Source: Armatimonadia bacterium
Lineage (GTDB): Bacteria > Armatimonadota > Zipacnadia > Zipacnadales > UBA11051
Assembly: GCA_039683575.1 (NCBI GenBank)
Contig: JBDKRC010000025.1
Coordinates: forward strand, 1 to 14,731
Direction: 5' to 3'
Length of the DNA: 14,731 nt
Part shown: positions 1 to 7,776 of the stretch, piece after piece
Layout: every line of letters starts with the position of its first letter
Position numbering within the stretch: position 1 is the first letter of the stretch
Program-made: the position numbers and the translations under genes
The notes under the pieces: generated by a model
The model's input: the letters and a program-made list of their open reading frames with translations, nothing else
Database searches by the model: none
Told to the model about the DNA's origin: nothing

Positions 1-1
1 T

Positions 2-1036
2 TTGAGTGTCGCAGCCGCCGCCCCAGAAGGTCAGGTCGCTCCCAAATTCGCGCTTGAGTCTGGCACTGTCCATGTTCGTGGCGCGGACCTGGACCGGGTT
101 GATGGCTTCTATGCCCATCTCTATGAGGTCGGGTATGGCCTCATGGATCGAGCCGCAGGAGTGCAGCAGCAGGGGCTTGCCGGAGAGGTCCTTGATTTGC
201 TTCCACAGCCGCGCGTGGTAGGGCTTGACCATCTCGCGGTAGGTCGCCAGCGATAGCTGCAGGCCGTTCTGGGTGCCGAGGTCGTCGTTGACCTGGATGA
301 TGGTGCAGTACTCGCCCACGGCCTCGACGTACTTGCGCACGCGCTCTTCGTAGGCATCCACGAGGCGGCCCATGAGCGCGTGGGCGAGGGGCTTGTCCGC
401 GAGCAGGTCCACCATGAAGTTCTCAAAGCCGCGCAGGATCTGCCCGGCCGCAAAGACGTGGACCCACAGGTTGCCGACAATCGCCCGGTCGGTTGTCTCG
501 TGTAGCTTCTTCGCCTTGGCGCGCAGGTCCTCGTAGTCCTCGTCACAAAACGAGGGCCAATCGAAGCTTTGCAGGTGCGCAAAGCCTGTCTCGACGTCGG
601 AGGGGGAGGAGGCCTTCTCAAGGGCGTGGTAAACGGTGTCGAAGTAGAATGATCCGGGGGGACAGGCGGCCACTACGGTGCCGTCATCTGCCTGAAGCTC
701 CACGCCGCCGCGAGGGGTGCGATGGAGGTTGGCGCCGGCAGGGACCTCGCAGGGCGAGCCGTCCTGCAGTTCCCATGGCTGCCACTCTCGGGGTTCGATG
801 AGGAGTGGGAGCACGTCGGCGCCGACGGTGCCCAGGACCGCGGGTTCGACCTTGGCGATCATCTGCGAGAGGTCGTAGATCTGCGTGCGGCCCGCTGGCA
901 GGCTGAGGTGTGCCTTGAGGTTGTTGTAGGCGATGCCGTGGATGCCGGAGGACTCGGAGGCGCCGAGATCGACTGGGATGCGGTCGGGCTCACGATGGGC
1001 GAGGGCGGCTTCTACGCGCTGTCGTGGGTTCATCAT
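2..1036 (-). CDS. Uroporphyrinogen decarboxylase / MtaA-CmuA methyltransferase family protein, 3' end runs off the window
   Basis: Manual translation from ATG 1036 (or 1033) is open to the window edge: MMNPRQRVEAALAHREPDRIPVDLG...LRGFENFMVDLL...VNDDLGTQNGL...LLHSCGSI...AINPVQV...LKREFGSDLTFWGGGCDTQ. These are typical URO-D-family motifs, including HSCG. Absent from the ORF track because there is no stop in the window. Confidence 0.88.
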   Translation of the reverse strand, partial: MMNPRQRVEAALAHREPDRIPVDLGASESSGIHGIAYNNLKAHLSLPAGRTQIYDLSQMIAKVEPAVLGTVGADVLPLLIEPREWQPWELQDGSPCEVPAGANLHRTPRGGVELQADDGTVVAACPPGSFYFDTVYHALEKASSPSDVETGFAHLQSFDWPSFCDEDYEDLRAKAKKLHETTDRAIVGNLWVHVFAAGQILRGFENFMVDLLADKPLAHALMGRLVDAYEERVRKYVEAVGEYCTIIQVNDDLGTQNGLQLSLATYREMVKPYHARLWKQIKDLSGKPLLLHSCGSIHEAIPDLIEMGIEAINPVQVRATNMDSARLKREFGSDLTFWGGGCDTQ

Positions 1037-1044
1037 GATGAGGT

Positions 1045-1074
1045 ACGATATAGCGCGAAGCCCGGAGCCGTCAA
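1045..1074 (-). promoter_or_regulatory. Putative sigma70 promoter for a leaderless or near-leaderless URO-D-family mRNA
   Basis: Minus strand TTGACG (1074-1069), 18 nt spacer, TATCGT (1050-1045), then 8 nt to ATG 1036. No SD visible. Confidence 0.5.
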
Positions 1075-1089
1075 GGGTGGCGGCAGATG

Positions 1090-1120
1090 AAAAACGGCCC
1101 GGCATCGAATGATGCCGGGC
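1090..1120 (-). terminator. Intrinsic terminator of pilin-like gene 1
   Basis: Perfect 10-bp stem gcccggcatc/gatgccgggc (1097-1120) with a 4-nt loop. A-run at 1090-1094 gives a U-tract on the minus strand. Confidence 0.75.
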
Positions 1121-1150
1121 TTTGACTGTTGACACTGCTGTGGCTGGGTC

Positions 1151-1177
1151 CGGCATGCGGAGCATGCCTGCCACGCG
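1151..1177 (-). repeat. REP-like palindrome (GTGG-CA-GGCATGC-TCC-GCATGCC)
   Basis: Matches 12072-12098 at 22 of 27 positions; four of the five differences are compensatory within the stem. Confidence 0.65.
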
Positions 1178-1181
1178 AGGG

Positions 1182-1817
1182 CTACCCAAGACCGTCGGCG
1201 CGGTAGTAGACGCCCTGGTTGGTGGTAAAGGGCAGGCCGATGCCGCTGGAGTCGGTGAAGACCTTCATCCACTTGGCGTGGCCATCGCAGAAGTTGATGT
1301 TGGCGCCGCCGTTGTGGCGATCAACGATATAGCGGTCGGTGCGGTAGCTGGAGAGGAAGGAATAGGCGGATCCGCCCTCCGTGTCCGCGATGCAGAGGGT
1401 CTGGGCCGGGTACTGGACCGTGCCCAGGGAGACGTCAGCCAGATTGTTCGCATTGTAGCCGTACTTGAGGCCGGTAGTGACCTCGCCCGCCCAGGCGTAG
1501 GTGGCGCTGGGGCAGTTGAAGATCTGGATGTTTTTGGTGTAGGGGTAGAGCCGCAGGAACCAGGGATTGGTGCCGGTGACAGTGCCCGCCGGCCAGGTGA
1601 CCCTTTCGAAGTTGTACCAGCCACCGAGGACCATCCGTTCGTCATAGTCCTGAGCATACGCCAGGAAGGCTATGCCCAACTGCTTGCAGTTGCTCAGACA
1701 GCTTGCCTGCCGGGCCTTCTCGCGTGCCTTGGCGAACACGGGGAACAGAATGGCTGCCAAGATGGCGATGATGGCGATGACCACCAACAACTCAATAAGG
1801 GTGAAACCACGTCGCAT
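1182..1817 (-). CDS. DUF1559-type prepilin N-terminal cleavage/methylation protein with H-X9-DG motif (paralog 1, 211 aa)
   Basis: [37 protein letters not shown] and [14 protein letters not shown] motifs. GGAGG SD at 1826-1830 supports the start at 1817 rather than 1877. Confidence 0.93.
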   Translation of the reverse strand: MRRGFTLIELLVVIAIIAILAAILFPVFAKAREKARQASCLSNCKQLGIAFLAYAQDYDERMVLGGWYNFERVTWPAGTVTGTNPWFLRLYPYTKNIQIFNCPSATYAWAGEVTTGLKYGYNANNLADVSLGTVQYPAQTLCIADTEGGSAYSFLSSYRTDRYIVDRHNGGANINFCDGHAKWMKVFTDSSGIGLPFTTNQGVYYRADGLG

Positions 1818-1844
1818 GACAGAAGCCTCCTGCAGAGAATGGTG

Positions 1845-1879
1845 TATTGGATACGGGAACAGCCCGAGAAAGTCCAATA
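1845..1879 (-). promoter_or_regulatory. Conserved 5' leader inverted repeat, copy 1
   Basis: tattgga (1845-1851) / tccaata (1873-1879), with inner cggg/cccg. Confidence 0.55.
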
Positions 1880-1888
1880 GTCAGCCAT

Positions 1889-1915
1889 ATTCTTCACATG
1901 TTGTGCACTACCTCC
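1889..1915 (-). promoter_or_regulatory. SigmaH(Spo0H)-like promoter of paralog 1
   Basis: Minus strand GGAGGT-N17-GAAT(ATGG); identical spacing upstream of all three paralogs. Confidence 0.6.
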
Positions 1916-2001
1916 CCTCCTTGCAGGAACTCGACCGCTTTTCCATGCCGGCGTGTCAGGCCTGAGACACGAAGAAGCCCGGCATCGGATGAGGCCGGGC
2001 T
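1910..2001. repeat. 92-bp duplicated intergenic block (terminator plus next promoter -35), copy A
   Basis: Homologous to 2832-2923. The last 46 nt differ by one gap and two substitutions; the rest is more diverged. Confidence 0.8.
1972..2001 (-). terminator. Intrinsic terminator of pilin-like gene 2
   Basis: Stem agcccggcatc/gaggccgggct with one mismatch and a ggat loop; UUCUU tail on the minus strand. Confidence 0.65.
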
Positions 2002-2063
2002 GTAGTTCTTCAACTGGCAGCGGGCGACGTATTGTGACCACCGAAGGGGCCGGACTGACGTGC

Positions 2064-2741
2064 CTACAGAGCGAACGGATCCCAGTTTTCCGGATGTCCC
2101 ATCAGCGTACTGCCGTTGACCCACTTGGCGTGGCCGTCGCAGTAGCCAAGATTCAGGCCCTGGTTGTGTCGATCCTTCCAGTCGGCGATCCTGGTGGCAT
2201 CGCCTCTGAAGTCGTAGCTGGCCTCGCTGCGACCGGCTGCGGTGCTTGGCACATAGCAGTGGATATAGGGGGTGATGACGTGCGCGTAGTCAAAGTAGTA
2301 GGTCCGGGCATCGCCGACCAGGATGGTCCTGGCAACTTGCTTGACCTCGGCCAGGGCACGGCGAGCAGTGTAGGGAGCGGCACTGGGCAGGAGGCAGACG
2401 GCGGAATTGACGCCGTACTCCGGGGCGGTTTTGGGGTTGGCTTCAACACTGGCAGACGGGCAATCGAATATCTGCCCGTTCTTCATGTACGGCTCGGCCT
2501 GCGCATACCAGAAGCGGGCGGAAGTCGGCGTAGAGGCATAGTCGTAGGCAGCAGGGAAGACCTCGTCGTAGTCCTGAATGTACATCATTATCGAAGTGGA
2601 GAGCTGCCTCACGTTGCTCAGACAACTCGTCTGGCGCGCCTTCTCGCGCGCTTTTGCGAAGACAGGGAACAGAATAGCTGCCAAGATGGCGATGATGGCA
2701 ATTACCACCAGCAGCTCAATAAGGGTGAAACCACGTCGCAT
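2064..2741 (-). CDS. DUF1559-type prepilin/H-X9-DG protein (paralog 2, 225 aa)
   Basis: Same prepilin N-terminus, CPS and RHNQGLNLGYCDGH motifs; GGAGG SD upstream. Confidence 0.93.
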   Translation of the reverse strand: MRRGFTLIELLVVIAIIAILAAILFPVFAKAREKARQTSCLSNVRQLSTSIMMYIQDYDEVFPAAYDYASTPTSARFWYAQAEPYMKNGQIFDCPSASVEANPKTAPEYGVNSAVCLLPSAAPYTARRALAEVKQVARTILVGDARTYYFDYAHVITPYIHCYVPSTAAGRSEASYDFRGDATRIADWKDRHNQGLNLGYCDGHAKWVNGSTLMGHPENWDPFAL

Positions 2742-2769
2742 AACAAAACGCCTCCTGGAGTGTTAGATA

Positions 2770-2799
2770 GTTGGACACAAATGGTACTCATGTGCCAAC
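2770..2799 (-). promoter_or_regulatory. Conserved 5' leader inverted repeat, copy 2
   Basis: gttgg(a)caca...tgtgccaac, with inner atg/cat. Confidence 0.5.
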
Positions 2800-2810
2800 A
2801 TCTCGTCCAT

Positions 2811-2837
2811 CTTCGCCGCAGATTCGCCTTCACCTCC
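2811..2837 (-). promoter_or_regulatory. SigmaH-like promoter of paralog 2
   Basis: Minus strand GGAGGT-N17-GAAG(ATGG). Confidence 0.55.
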
Positions 2838-2923
2838 CCCTCTCGGTAGTAACTCCACACTGCTCTCGTGCCAGCATCTCAGGCTGAGACACGAAAAAGC
2901 CCGGCATCGGATGACGCCGGGCT
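2832..2923. repeat. 92-bp duplicated intergenic block, copy B
   Basis: Homologous to 1910-2001. Confidence 0.8.
2894..2923 (-). terminator. Intrinsic terminator of pilin-like gene 3
   Basis: Stem agcccggcatc/gacgccgggct. The A/C mismatch becomes a G-U pair only on the minus strand, and a U5 tract follows. Confidence 0.75.
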
Positions 2924-2972
2924 ATCATTGCGTTATCTCGCGGCAGGGCGCCGCTCGTTCGGCAGTAGCCGC

Positions 2973-3608
2973 CTAGCTGGAGCCGTCGGCGCGGTACAGC
3001 ACGCCCTGCGCGGCGGTCGGGTGGACCCAGAGACCGCCGGAGTCCTTGGCCATCTTGACCCACTTGCAGTGGCCGTCGAGGAAGCCCATGTTGGCGCCAT
3101 CATTGTGGCGGCCAGCGAGATAGCGAGGGTTCGACGGGCCGCCGTAGTAGTATTGCTGGAAGGTGTAGCCGCCGGTGCCCTCGGTGTCACCGATCATGGC
3201 GGTCTGGGAGGGATACTGAACGGTGCCCAGCGCCACGCCGCCGATCACGGTGCTATAGCCGGTGGTGAGCTGGCCGGTCGCGTTGCCCGCCCAGACGTAG
3301 CTGGAGCTTGGGCAGCTATAGACCTGGATGTTCTTGGTATAGGGGTAGATGCGCACAGGCCAGAAGTTGCCGCCGGTAGAGCCGTTGGGCCAGACGACCT
3401 GCTCGTAGGCGCCGACCGGAGACATGACTTCATCGTAGTCCTGACAGTACTGCATCAGACCGAGGGCCAACTGCTTGCAGTTGCTCAGACAGCTTGCCTG
3501 CCGCGCCTTTTCGCGCGCCTTGGCGAACACCGGGAACAGGATTGCGGCGAGAATGGCGATGATCGCGATGACGACCAATAGCTCGATAAGCGTAAACCCA
3601 CGTCGCAT
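2973..3608 (-). CDS. DUF1559-type prepilin/H-X9-DG protein (paralog 3, 211 aa)
   Basis: Same prepilin N-terminus, CPS and [14 protein letters not shown] motifs. GGAGG SD supports the start at 3608 rather than 3707. Body closely resembles paralog 1 ([20 protein letters not shown]). Confidence 0.93.
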   Translation of the reverse strand: MRRGFTLIELLVVIAIIAILAAILFPVFAKAREKARQASCLSNCKQLALGLMQYCQDYDEVMSPVGAYEQVVWPNGSTGGNFWPVRIYPYTKNIQVYSCPSSSYVWAGNATGQLTTGYSTVIGGVALGTVQYPSQTAMIGDTEGTGGYTFQQYYYGGPSNPRYLAGRHNDGANMGFLDGHCKWVKMAKDSGGLWVHPTAAQGVLYRADGSS

Positions 3609-3635
3609 GACACAAGCCTCCCGAAATTGTGAATA

Positions 3636-3666
3636 GTTGGACGCTGAATATTCGGAGAAGTCCAAC
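3636..3666 (-). promoter_or_regulatory. Conserved 5' leader inverted repeat, copy 3
   Basis: gttggac (3636-3642) / gtccaac (3660-3666), with inner ctga/tcgg. Confidence 0.55.
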
Positions 3667-3678
3667 AAGTCGCCCCAT

Positions 3679-3705
3679 ATTCCCCATATCCTGCCCGAGA
3701 CCTGC
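3679..3705 (-). promoter_or_regulatory. SigmaH-like promoter of paralog 3
   Basis: Minus strand GCAGGT-N17-GAAT(ATGG). Confidence 0.62.
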
Positions 3706-3726
3706 ATCTCATAGTGCCGATTTGCA

Positions 3727-3753
3727 GCAGGAGCCCGGTGATCTTCGGCGAAC
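3727..3753 (+). promoter_or_regulatory. SigmaH-like promoter of the large CAZyme-like gene
   Basis: GCAGGA (3727-3732)-N17-GAAC (3750-3753), 31 nt before ATG 3785. Confidence 0.55.
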
Positions 3754-3784
3754 CACTCTGCAACTCTCGGAACAGGAGCTTTCC

Positions 3785-6700
3785 ATGCGTCATTCCCACC
3801 TCTGGCTGGTTGCGCTGGCGTTGCTGGCGGCTGCCGTGGCTATGGCAGCGCCGTCCACTACGGCGGTTGCCGTGAGCGGTGAGGTCAAGCTGGACGGTTT
3901 GCTCGACGAGCCCGCGTGGGCCGCGGCGACGTGGCAGACGAACTTCCTGTCGGCCAGTCCGGCGGCGTCAGGCGCGCCGAAGCCGGTGGACGTGCAGACG
4001 CGGTTCAAGGTGCTGTATGACCAGAATGCCGTGTATGTGGGCGTGGAGTGCGACGAACCGGCGCTGGACAAGCTCCAGGCGCGGTACAACGAGCACGACG
4101 GGGATGTGTACCAGGACGACTGCGTCGAGGTGTTCTTCGATCCAGCGGGCGAGGGGCGGTACTACCACCACTTCGTGGTCAACACCAACGGGGCGTGGTA
4201 TGACGATTACGGGGCGGACTATGGGCTGGTGCATGCCAAGCTGTGGGAGATCCCCCTGCAGGTCGGGACGACCGTGGACAAAGAGAAGCGGGTCTGGCGG
4301 GTGGAGGTGCGGATACCGCTGGCGGGGCTGACACTGAAAGAGGATGCGGGGGCGGACTGGCTGTGGAACATCACCCGGGAGCGCTACACGACGGGGAAGC
4401 TGGAATTGATGACGTGGGCGCCGCTGAAGGGGAATTTCCACGCGCCGAAGCTGTTTGGGAAGCTGATAGGGGTCAAGGTGGACTACAAGCGGTTCAACTT
4501 TGGGCTGACCGAGCCGCAGGTGACCATCACCGGGGATGGGAGCGGGAATCACCTCCTGCGGCTGCAGACGACGGTGAGTAACGACTCGCCCACAGCGCGG
4601 CGGGTGGTGCTGAGCGCCGGGCCGTTCCTACAGGGGAACCCGGTGGTGTCCGAGCCGGTGGCGCTGGCTCCGGGGGCGCAGCAGCAGGTGACGCTGCCGC
4701 CGCTGAAGGTAAAGGGGAACGCCAGCGCGGCGCTGGTGCAGTTTACGGTGGCCGACGCTGCGAGTGGCGAACCGTACAAGATCGCGGTCAAGCATCTGGA
4801 CAGCGAGTACCGACCGATCGCGGTGAAGGTGCTCAAGCCGAACTATCGCCAGAATATCTATGCGACCGAGGCCGTGCCGGAGTTGGTGTTCGAGATCGCG
4901 CTGGCGCCGGATGTGGCGCAGAAGACCGCACAGGTGGTCTACAGCCTGCATGACGCGCAGGGCAAGCCGGTGCGGGAGGGCAAGGTGGCGGCGGGGAAGT
5001 TGGGGGAAGCGCAGAAGCTTGAGGTTGGCAAGTTGCCGGTGGGCGCCTATGAGTTGCGGCTGCGGGCCCTGGACAAGGGCCAGGGGACGATCATTGACCA
5101 TGCTACTACTATCCGCAAGCTGGGCCCGGCGACGGGGACTGAGGTGCGGGTGGATGGGAAGCGCAATGTGGTCGTGAATGGCAAGCCGACGGTGTTCTGC
5201 GGCTGGTATGGCGGCATCCCGGTGGAGGACCCGCGGCCGGAGGTCGTGGCGCTGCAGAATATCCAGACGCCAGTCGTGCTGATAGGGATGGACCCCAAGC
5301 CCGTGCGGGAGGCGTTCGAGAAGCATGGGGTGTATTCGATCGTCAGCATCGCTCCGGGTAATCTGTACCATACCTTCAGTTGGTGGAAGGACCGGAATAT
5401 CAAGCTGCATCAGGAGATCTCGACCCAGGATGAGCCGAGCGCGGAGTTTGTGGGGTATCTGAAGCAGCTTGTGGACTGCGTGAAGGGCGAGCCGGGGCTT
5501 TTGGGGTACTACCTGGCGGACGAGCCGGAGATCAACGACTCGCGGTCGGCGTACCTCGAGAGCGTGTACCGGATCATGCAGGAGCTGGACCCGTATCATC
5601 CGGTGATGATCACGAATGATACGCTGGATGGGATTGTCACGCATGGCTACAAGGCTTGTGACATCCTGAGCCCGGACCCGTACTCGTCGGCGTATGACTA
5701 CGTGCCGAACTTCATGAAGCGGTGCCTGGAGGTCGCTACGCCGGGGCAGGCGCTGATGGTGACGCCGTGGGCCTCGTGCGGGCAGACGCATTTCACCACG
5801 GAGTGGGGGACAGCTCCGCCGTACCCGTACAAGGTCATGCGCAACCAGTACCTGGTGTCGCTGGCGTTCGGCGCGCGAGGATTCACCGGGTATACCACCG
5901 CGTTCTTCATGCCCGAGCCGATCCTGCGGTATGGGCTACCGCCGATCTGGCGGGAGGTGCGGTTCCTGGAAGCGGCGCTGGCCAACACGATGGAGAAGCC
6001 GAAGGTTGAGGCCGACTCCGAGATGGCGAGTTGGCTGGGGCAGGCTAACGGGCACACGTACATGATCGTGGTCAACCACAAGGCGGGGGACCGGACGGCG
6101 AAGATCAGCCATCCGCTGCTGGCGAAGGCGGGGAGCCTGTATGTGGTCGGCGAGGCGCGGCAGGTGAAGGTGAGTGGCGGGGGCTTCAGCGACAAGTTTG
6201 AGGATGGAGACGCGCGGATCTATACGACCGATCCGGCGGGGCAGAAGCTGCAGACGCTGGCGGAGGTGGAGAAGGAGATCGCCGCGCAGGAAGCGGCTTG
6301 CCTCAAGCCGGGGAACCTGCTGCACGTTTCGCGCGGGGTCCGTGCCCGCTCGGCGGAGGGGTTCTTTGCGCCGTGGTTCACGCAGTACTACTACTACGCG
6401 ATCAACGGCGTTACCGATGACATGGGCTGGTACCTGTCCCACACGGACAAGCCCTCGTGGCTGGAGCTGACGCTGCCGAAGGAAGAGAAGATCGGCCGGC
6501 TGGTGCTGTATAGCCCGAACCTGAAGGACTATGACCTGCAACTGCAGGCGGCGGACGGGACCATCTACACGGCGGAGATACGCGGGAACTTCGAGAAGGT
6601 AGCCACGCACAGCTTCGCCGCGCCGGTGCCGGCGCTGAAGGTACGGGTGACGGCGATTGCGACGCGGGAGGGGACGGAGCCGAAGCGGGCGCAACTGTCG

Positions 6701-7645
6701 GAGATTGAGGCCTATGCCGAACCGGCGGGTAATGTGGTGCCGCTCAAGCAGCAGGCGGTGGGCCCAGCGGCCACCTTCACCGCACCAGCGGCTGAGACCG
6801 GTGGCGAGCAGGTGCTTTGGCGGGAGGATTTCACCAACTTCCGCACCGACACGAAGTACAACTGGGATGGCAAGGACGACAAATGGGTCTTCAGCCCCGA
6901 AAAGCTCTTTGCCCAGGCGCAGCCTGGCGGCGGGCTGGTCATGGCGAGCAACAGCGCGGAGGGCTGGGCGGGGATGACGCATATCTTCCCTACGGATAAG
7001 GACCACCGCTATTTCCAGGTGAAGATCGGCAAGATCGAGGGGGAGGGCTACAAGTGGGCTTCGATCAGCTATGGGTCATCGTCGGGCAAGCCGGGGTATC
7101 GTGGCGGGGTTCAGTCGCTCAAGCCGGGCATCTATACGGTTGATACGCACTATGTCCACGAGAGCTTCCGTGACGGCAGCGCGAAGACTTGCTTCATCAA
7201 CGTGTCCAGCGCGGGGTCGGGGAAGAATGCCGACGGGACCATCCGAATGGGGCCGAAGTTCACGTACGACTGGCTGCAGCAGGTGCGGCGGCCGGTGGAT
7301 GGGCTGATCGTTACCATGGTGGATGGCTCGCCGCTGCCCGAGACGCTCAAGGCGGGGGATGAGTTGCTGTACCGGGTATACCTGGAGAAGCCAGCGGTGG
7401 ATGTGACCGTGGAGGCGCTGGTGGGATCGAACTACAACCCGGTGCTGGTCAATGGGGAGCCGTATATCCAATTGCTCAAGGCGGGGGCGAAGGACGGGCG
7501 CGAATGGGCGGCTACGGTGAAGCTGGGGGCGAAGACGACGAAGTTCGACGCGCGGAAGGGGTATCCGCTGATGCTGCGGGCGGTGGTGAATGGCGGGGCT
7601 ATCAAGGACACGATGCAGACGGTGGCAGTGGGGTTTGAGGGGTAG
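3785..7645 (+). CDS. Secreted multidomain carbohydrate-active protein (1286 aa): signal peptide, CBM9-like domain, Ig-like region, glycoside-hydrolase-like TIM barrel, discoidin/CBM32-like domain, unassigned C-terminus
   Basis: AGGAG SD before [24 protein letters not shown]9-like motifs [45 protein letters not shown]. Barrel motifs [27 protein letters not shown]. Discoidin-like motifs AING...W...WLELTL...LSEIEAY. Confidence 0.75.
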   Translation: MRHSHLWLVALALLAAAVAMAAPSTTAVAVSGEVKLDGLLDEPAWAAATWQTNFLSASPAASGAPKPVDVQTRFKVLYDQNAVYVGVECDEPALDKLQARYNEHDGDVYQDDCVEVFFDPAGEGRYYHHFVVNTNGAWYDDYGADYGLVHAKLWEIPLQVGTTVDKEKRVWRVEVRIPLAGLTLKEDAGADWLWNITRERYTTGKLELMTWAPLKGNFHAPKLFGKLIGVKVDYKRFNFGLTEPQVTITGDGSGNHLLRLQTTVSNDSPTARRVVLSAGPFLQGNPVVSEPVALAPGAQQQVTLPPLKVKGNASAALVQFTVADAASGEPYKIAVKHLDSEYRPIAVKVLKPNYRQNIYATEAVPELVFEIALAPDVAQKTAQVVYSLHDAQGKPVREGKVAAGKLGEAQKLEVGKLPVGAYELRLRALDKGQGTIIDHATTIRKLGPATGTEVRVDGKRNVVVNGKPTVFCGWYGGIPVEDPRPEVVALQNIQTPVVLIGMDPKPVREAFEKHGVYSIVSIAPGNLYHTFSWWKDRNIKLHQEISTQDEPSAEFVGYLKQLVDCVKGEPGLLGYYLADEPEINDSRSAYLESVYRIMQELDPYHPVMITNDTLDGIVTHGYKACDILSPDPYSSAYDYVPNFMKRCLEVATPGQALMVTPWASCGQTHFTTEWGTAPPYPYKVMRNQYLVSLAFGARGFTGYTTAFFMPEPILRYGLPPIWREVRFLEAALANTMEKPKVEADSEMASWLGQANGHTYMIVVNHKAGDRTAKISHPLLAKAGSLYVVGEARQVKVSGGGFSDKFEDGDARIYTTDPAGQKLQTLAEVEKEIAAQEAACLKPGNLLHVSRGVRARSAEGFFAPWFTQYYYYAINGVTDDMGWYLSHTDKPSWLELTLPKEEKIGRLVLYSPNLKDYDLQLQAADGTIYTAEIRGNFEKVATHSFAAPVPALKVRVTAIATREGTEPKRAQLSEIEAYAEPAGNVVPLKQQAVGPAATFTAPAAETGGEQVLWREDFTNFRTDTKYNWDGKDDKWVFSPEKLFAQAQPGGGLVMASNSAEGWAGMTHIFPTDKDHRYFQVKIGKIEGEGYKWASISYGSSSGKPGYRGGVQSLKPGIYTVDTHYVHESFRDGSAKTCFINVSSAGSGKNADGTIRMGPKFTYDWLQQVRRPVDGLIVTMVDGSPLPETLKAGDELLYRVYLEKPAVDVTVEALVGSNYNPVLVNGEPYIQLLKAGAKDGREWAATVKLGAKTTKFDARKGYPLMLRAVVNGGAIKDTMQTVAVGFEG

Positions 7646-7669
7646 GAATGTGGCCGACGCGTGGACGAG

Positions 7670-7750
7670 CGCGTAGGCGGGTTCGTCTCGAACCCGCGGC
7701 GTTGCGAAGCGTGGCCGGGGGTGTGGGTTCGGGACGAACCCACCTACGCG
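7670..7750. repeat. Inverted REP doublet (REPIN/BIME-like)
   Basis: GTAG-GCGGGTTCG-TCT-CGAACCCGC on plus (7673-7697) and GTAG-GTGGGTTCG-TCC-CGAACCCAC on minus (7747-7723), with a compensatory C-G/T-A change. Confidence 0.75.
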
Positions 7751-7776
7751 GGATTGAATGCGAGATGAGGCACTTC

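Noticed and set aside
1905-2840. GGAGGT motifs as SDs of conserved leader peptides
   Set aside because: No conserved start codon or reading frame across copies. The fixed 17-nt spacing to GAA fits a -35 element better.
1090-2923. Repeated gcccggcatc hairpins as a CRISPR array
   Set aside because: Copies are about 900 bp apart, each follows a gene and has a U-tract, and no cas genes are present. They are terminators.
1182-3608. Diversity-generating retroelement template/variable repeats
   Set aside because: No reverse transcriptase in the window. Differences are not adenine-specific, and similarity is highest at the 5' ends.
3636-3666. GTTGGAC/GTCCAAC as integron attC core sites
   Set aside because: They fit GTTRRRY/RYYYAAC but in the reverse order, span only 31 nt, and lie upstream of genes. 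No integrase is present.
1936-3720. Sigma54 promoters (GGCAC/GGCAT motifs upstream of the paralogs)
   Set aside because: GG-to-GC spacings are 9, 7 and 11 nt rather than 10, and there is no TTGC.
7648-7776. N-terminal extensions in the ORF track (also 1818-1877, 3609-3707, 3629-3784)
   Set aside because: They run through REP, promoter or leader DNA. The downstream starts have SDs and family-typical N-termini.
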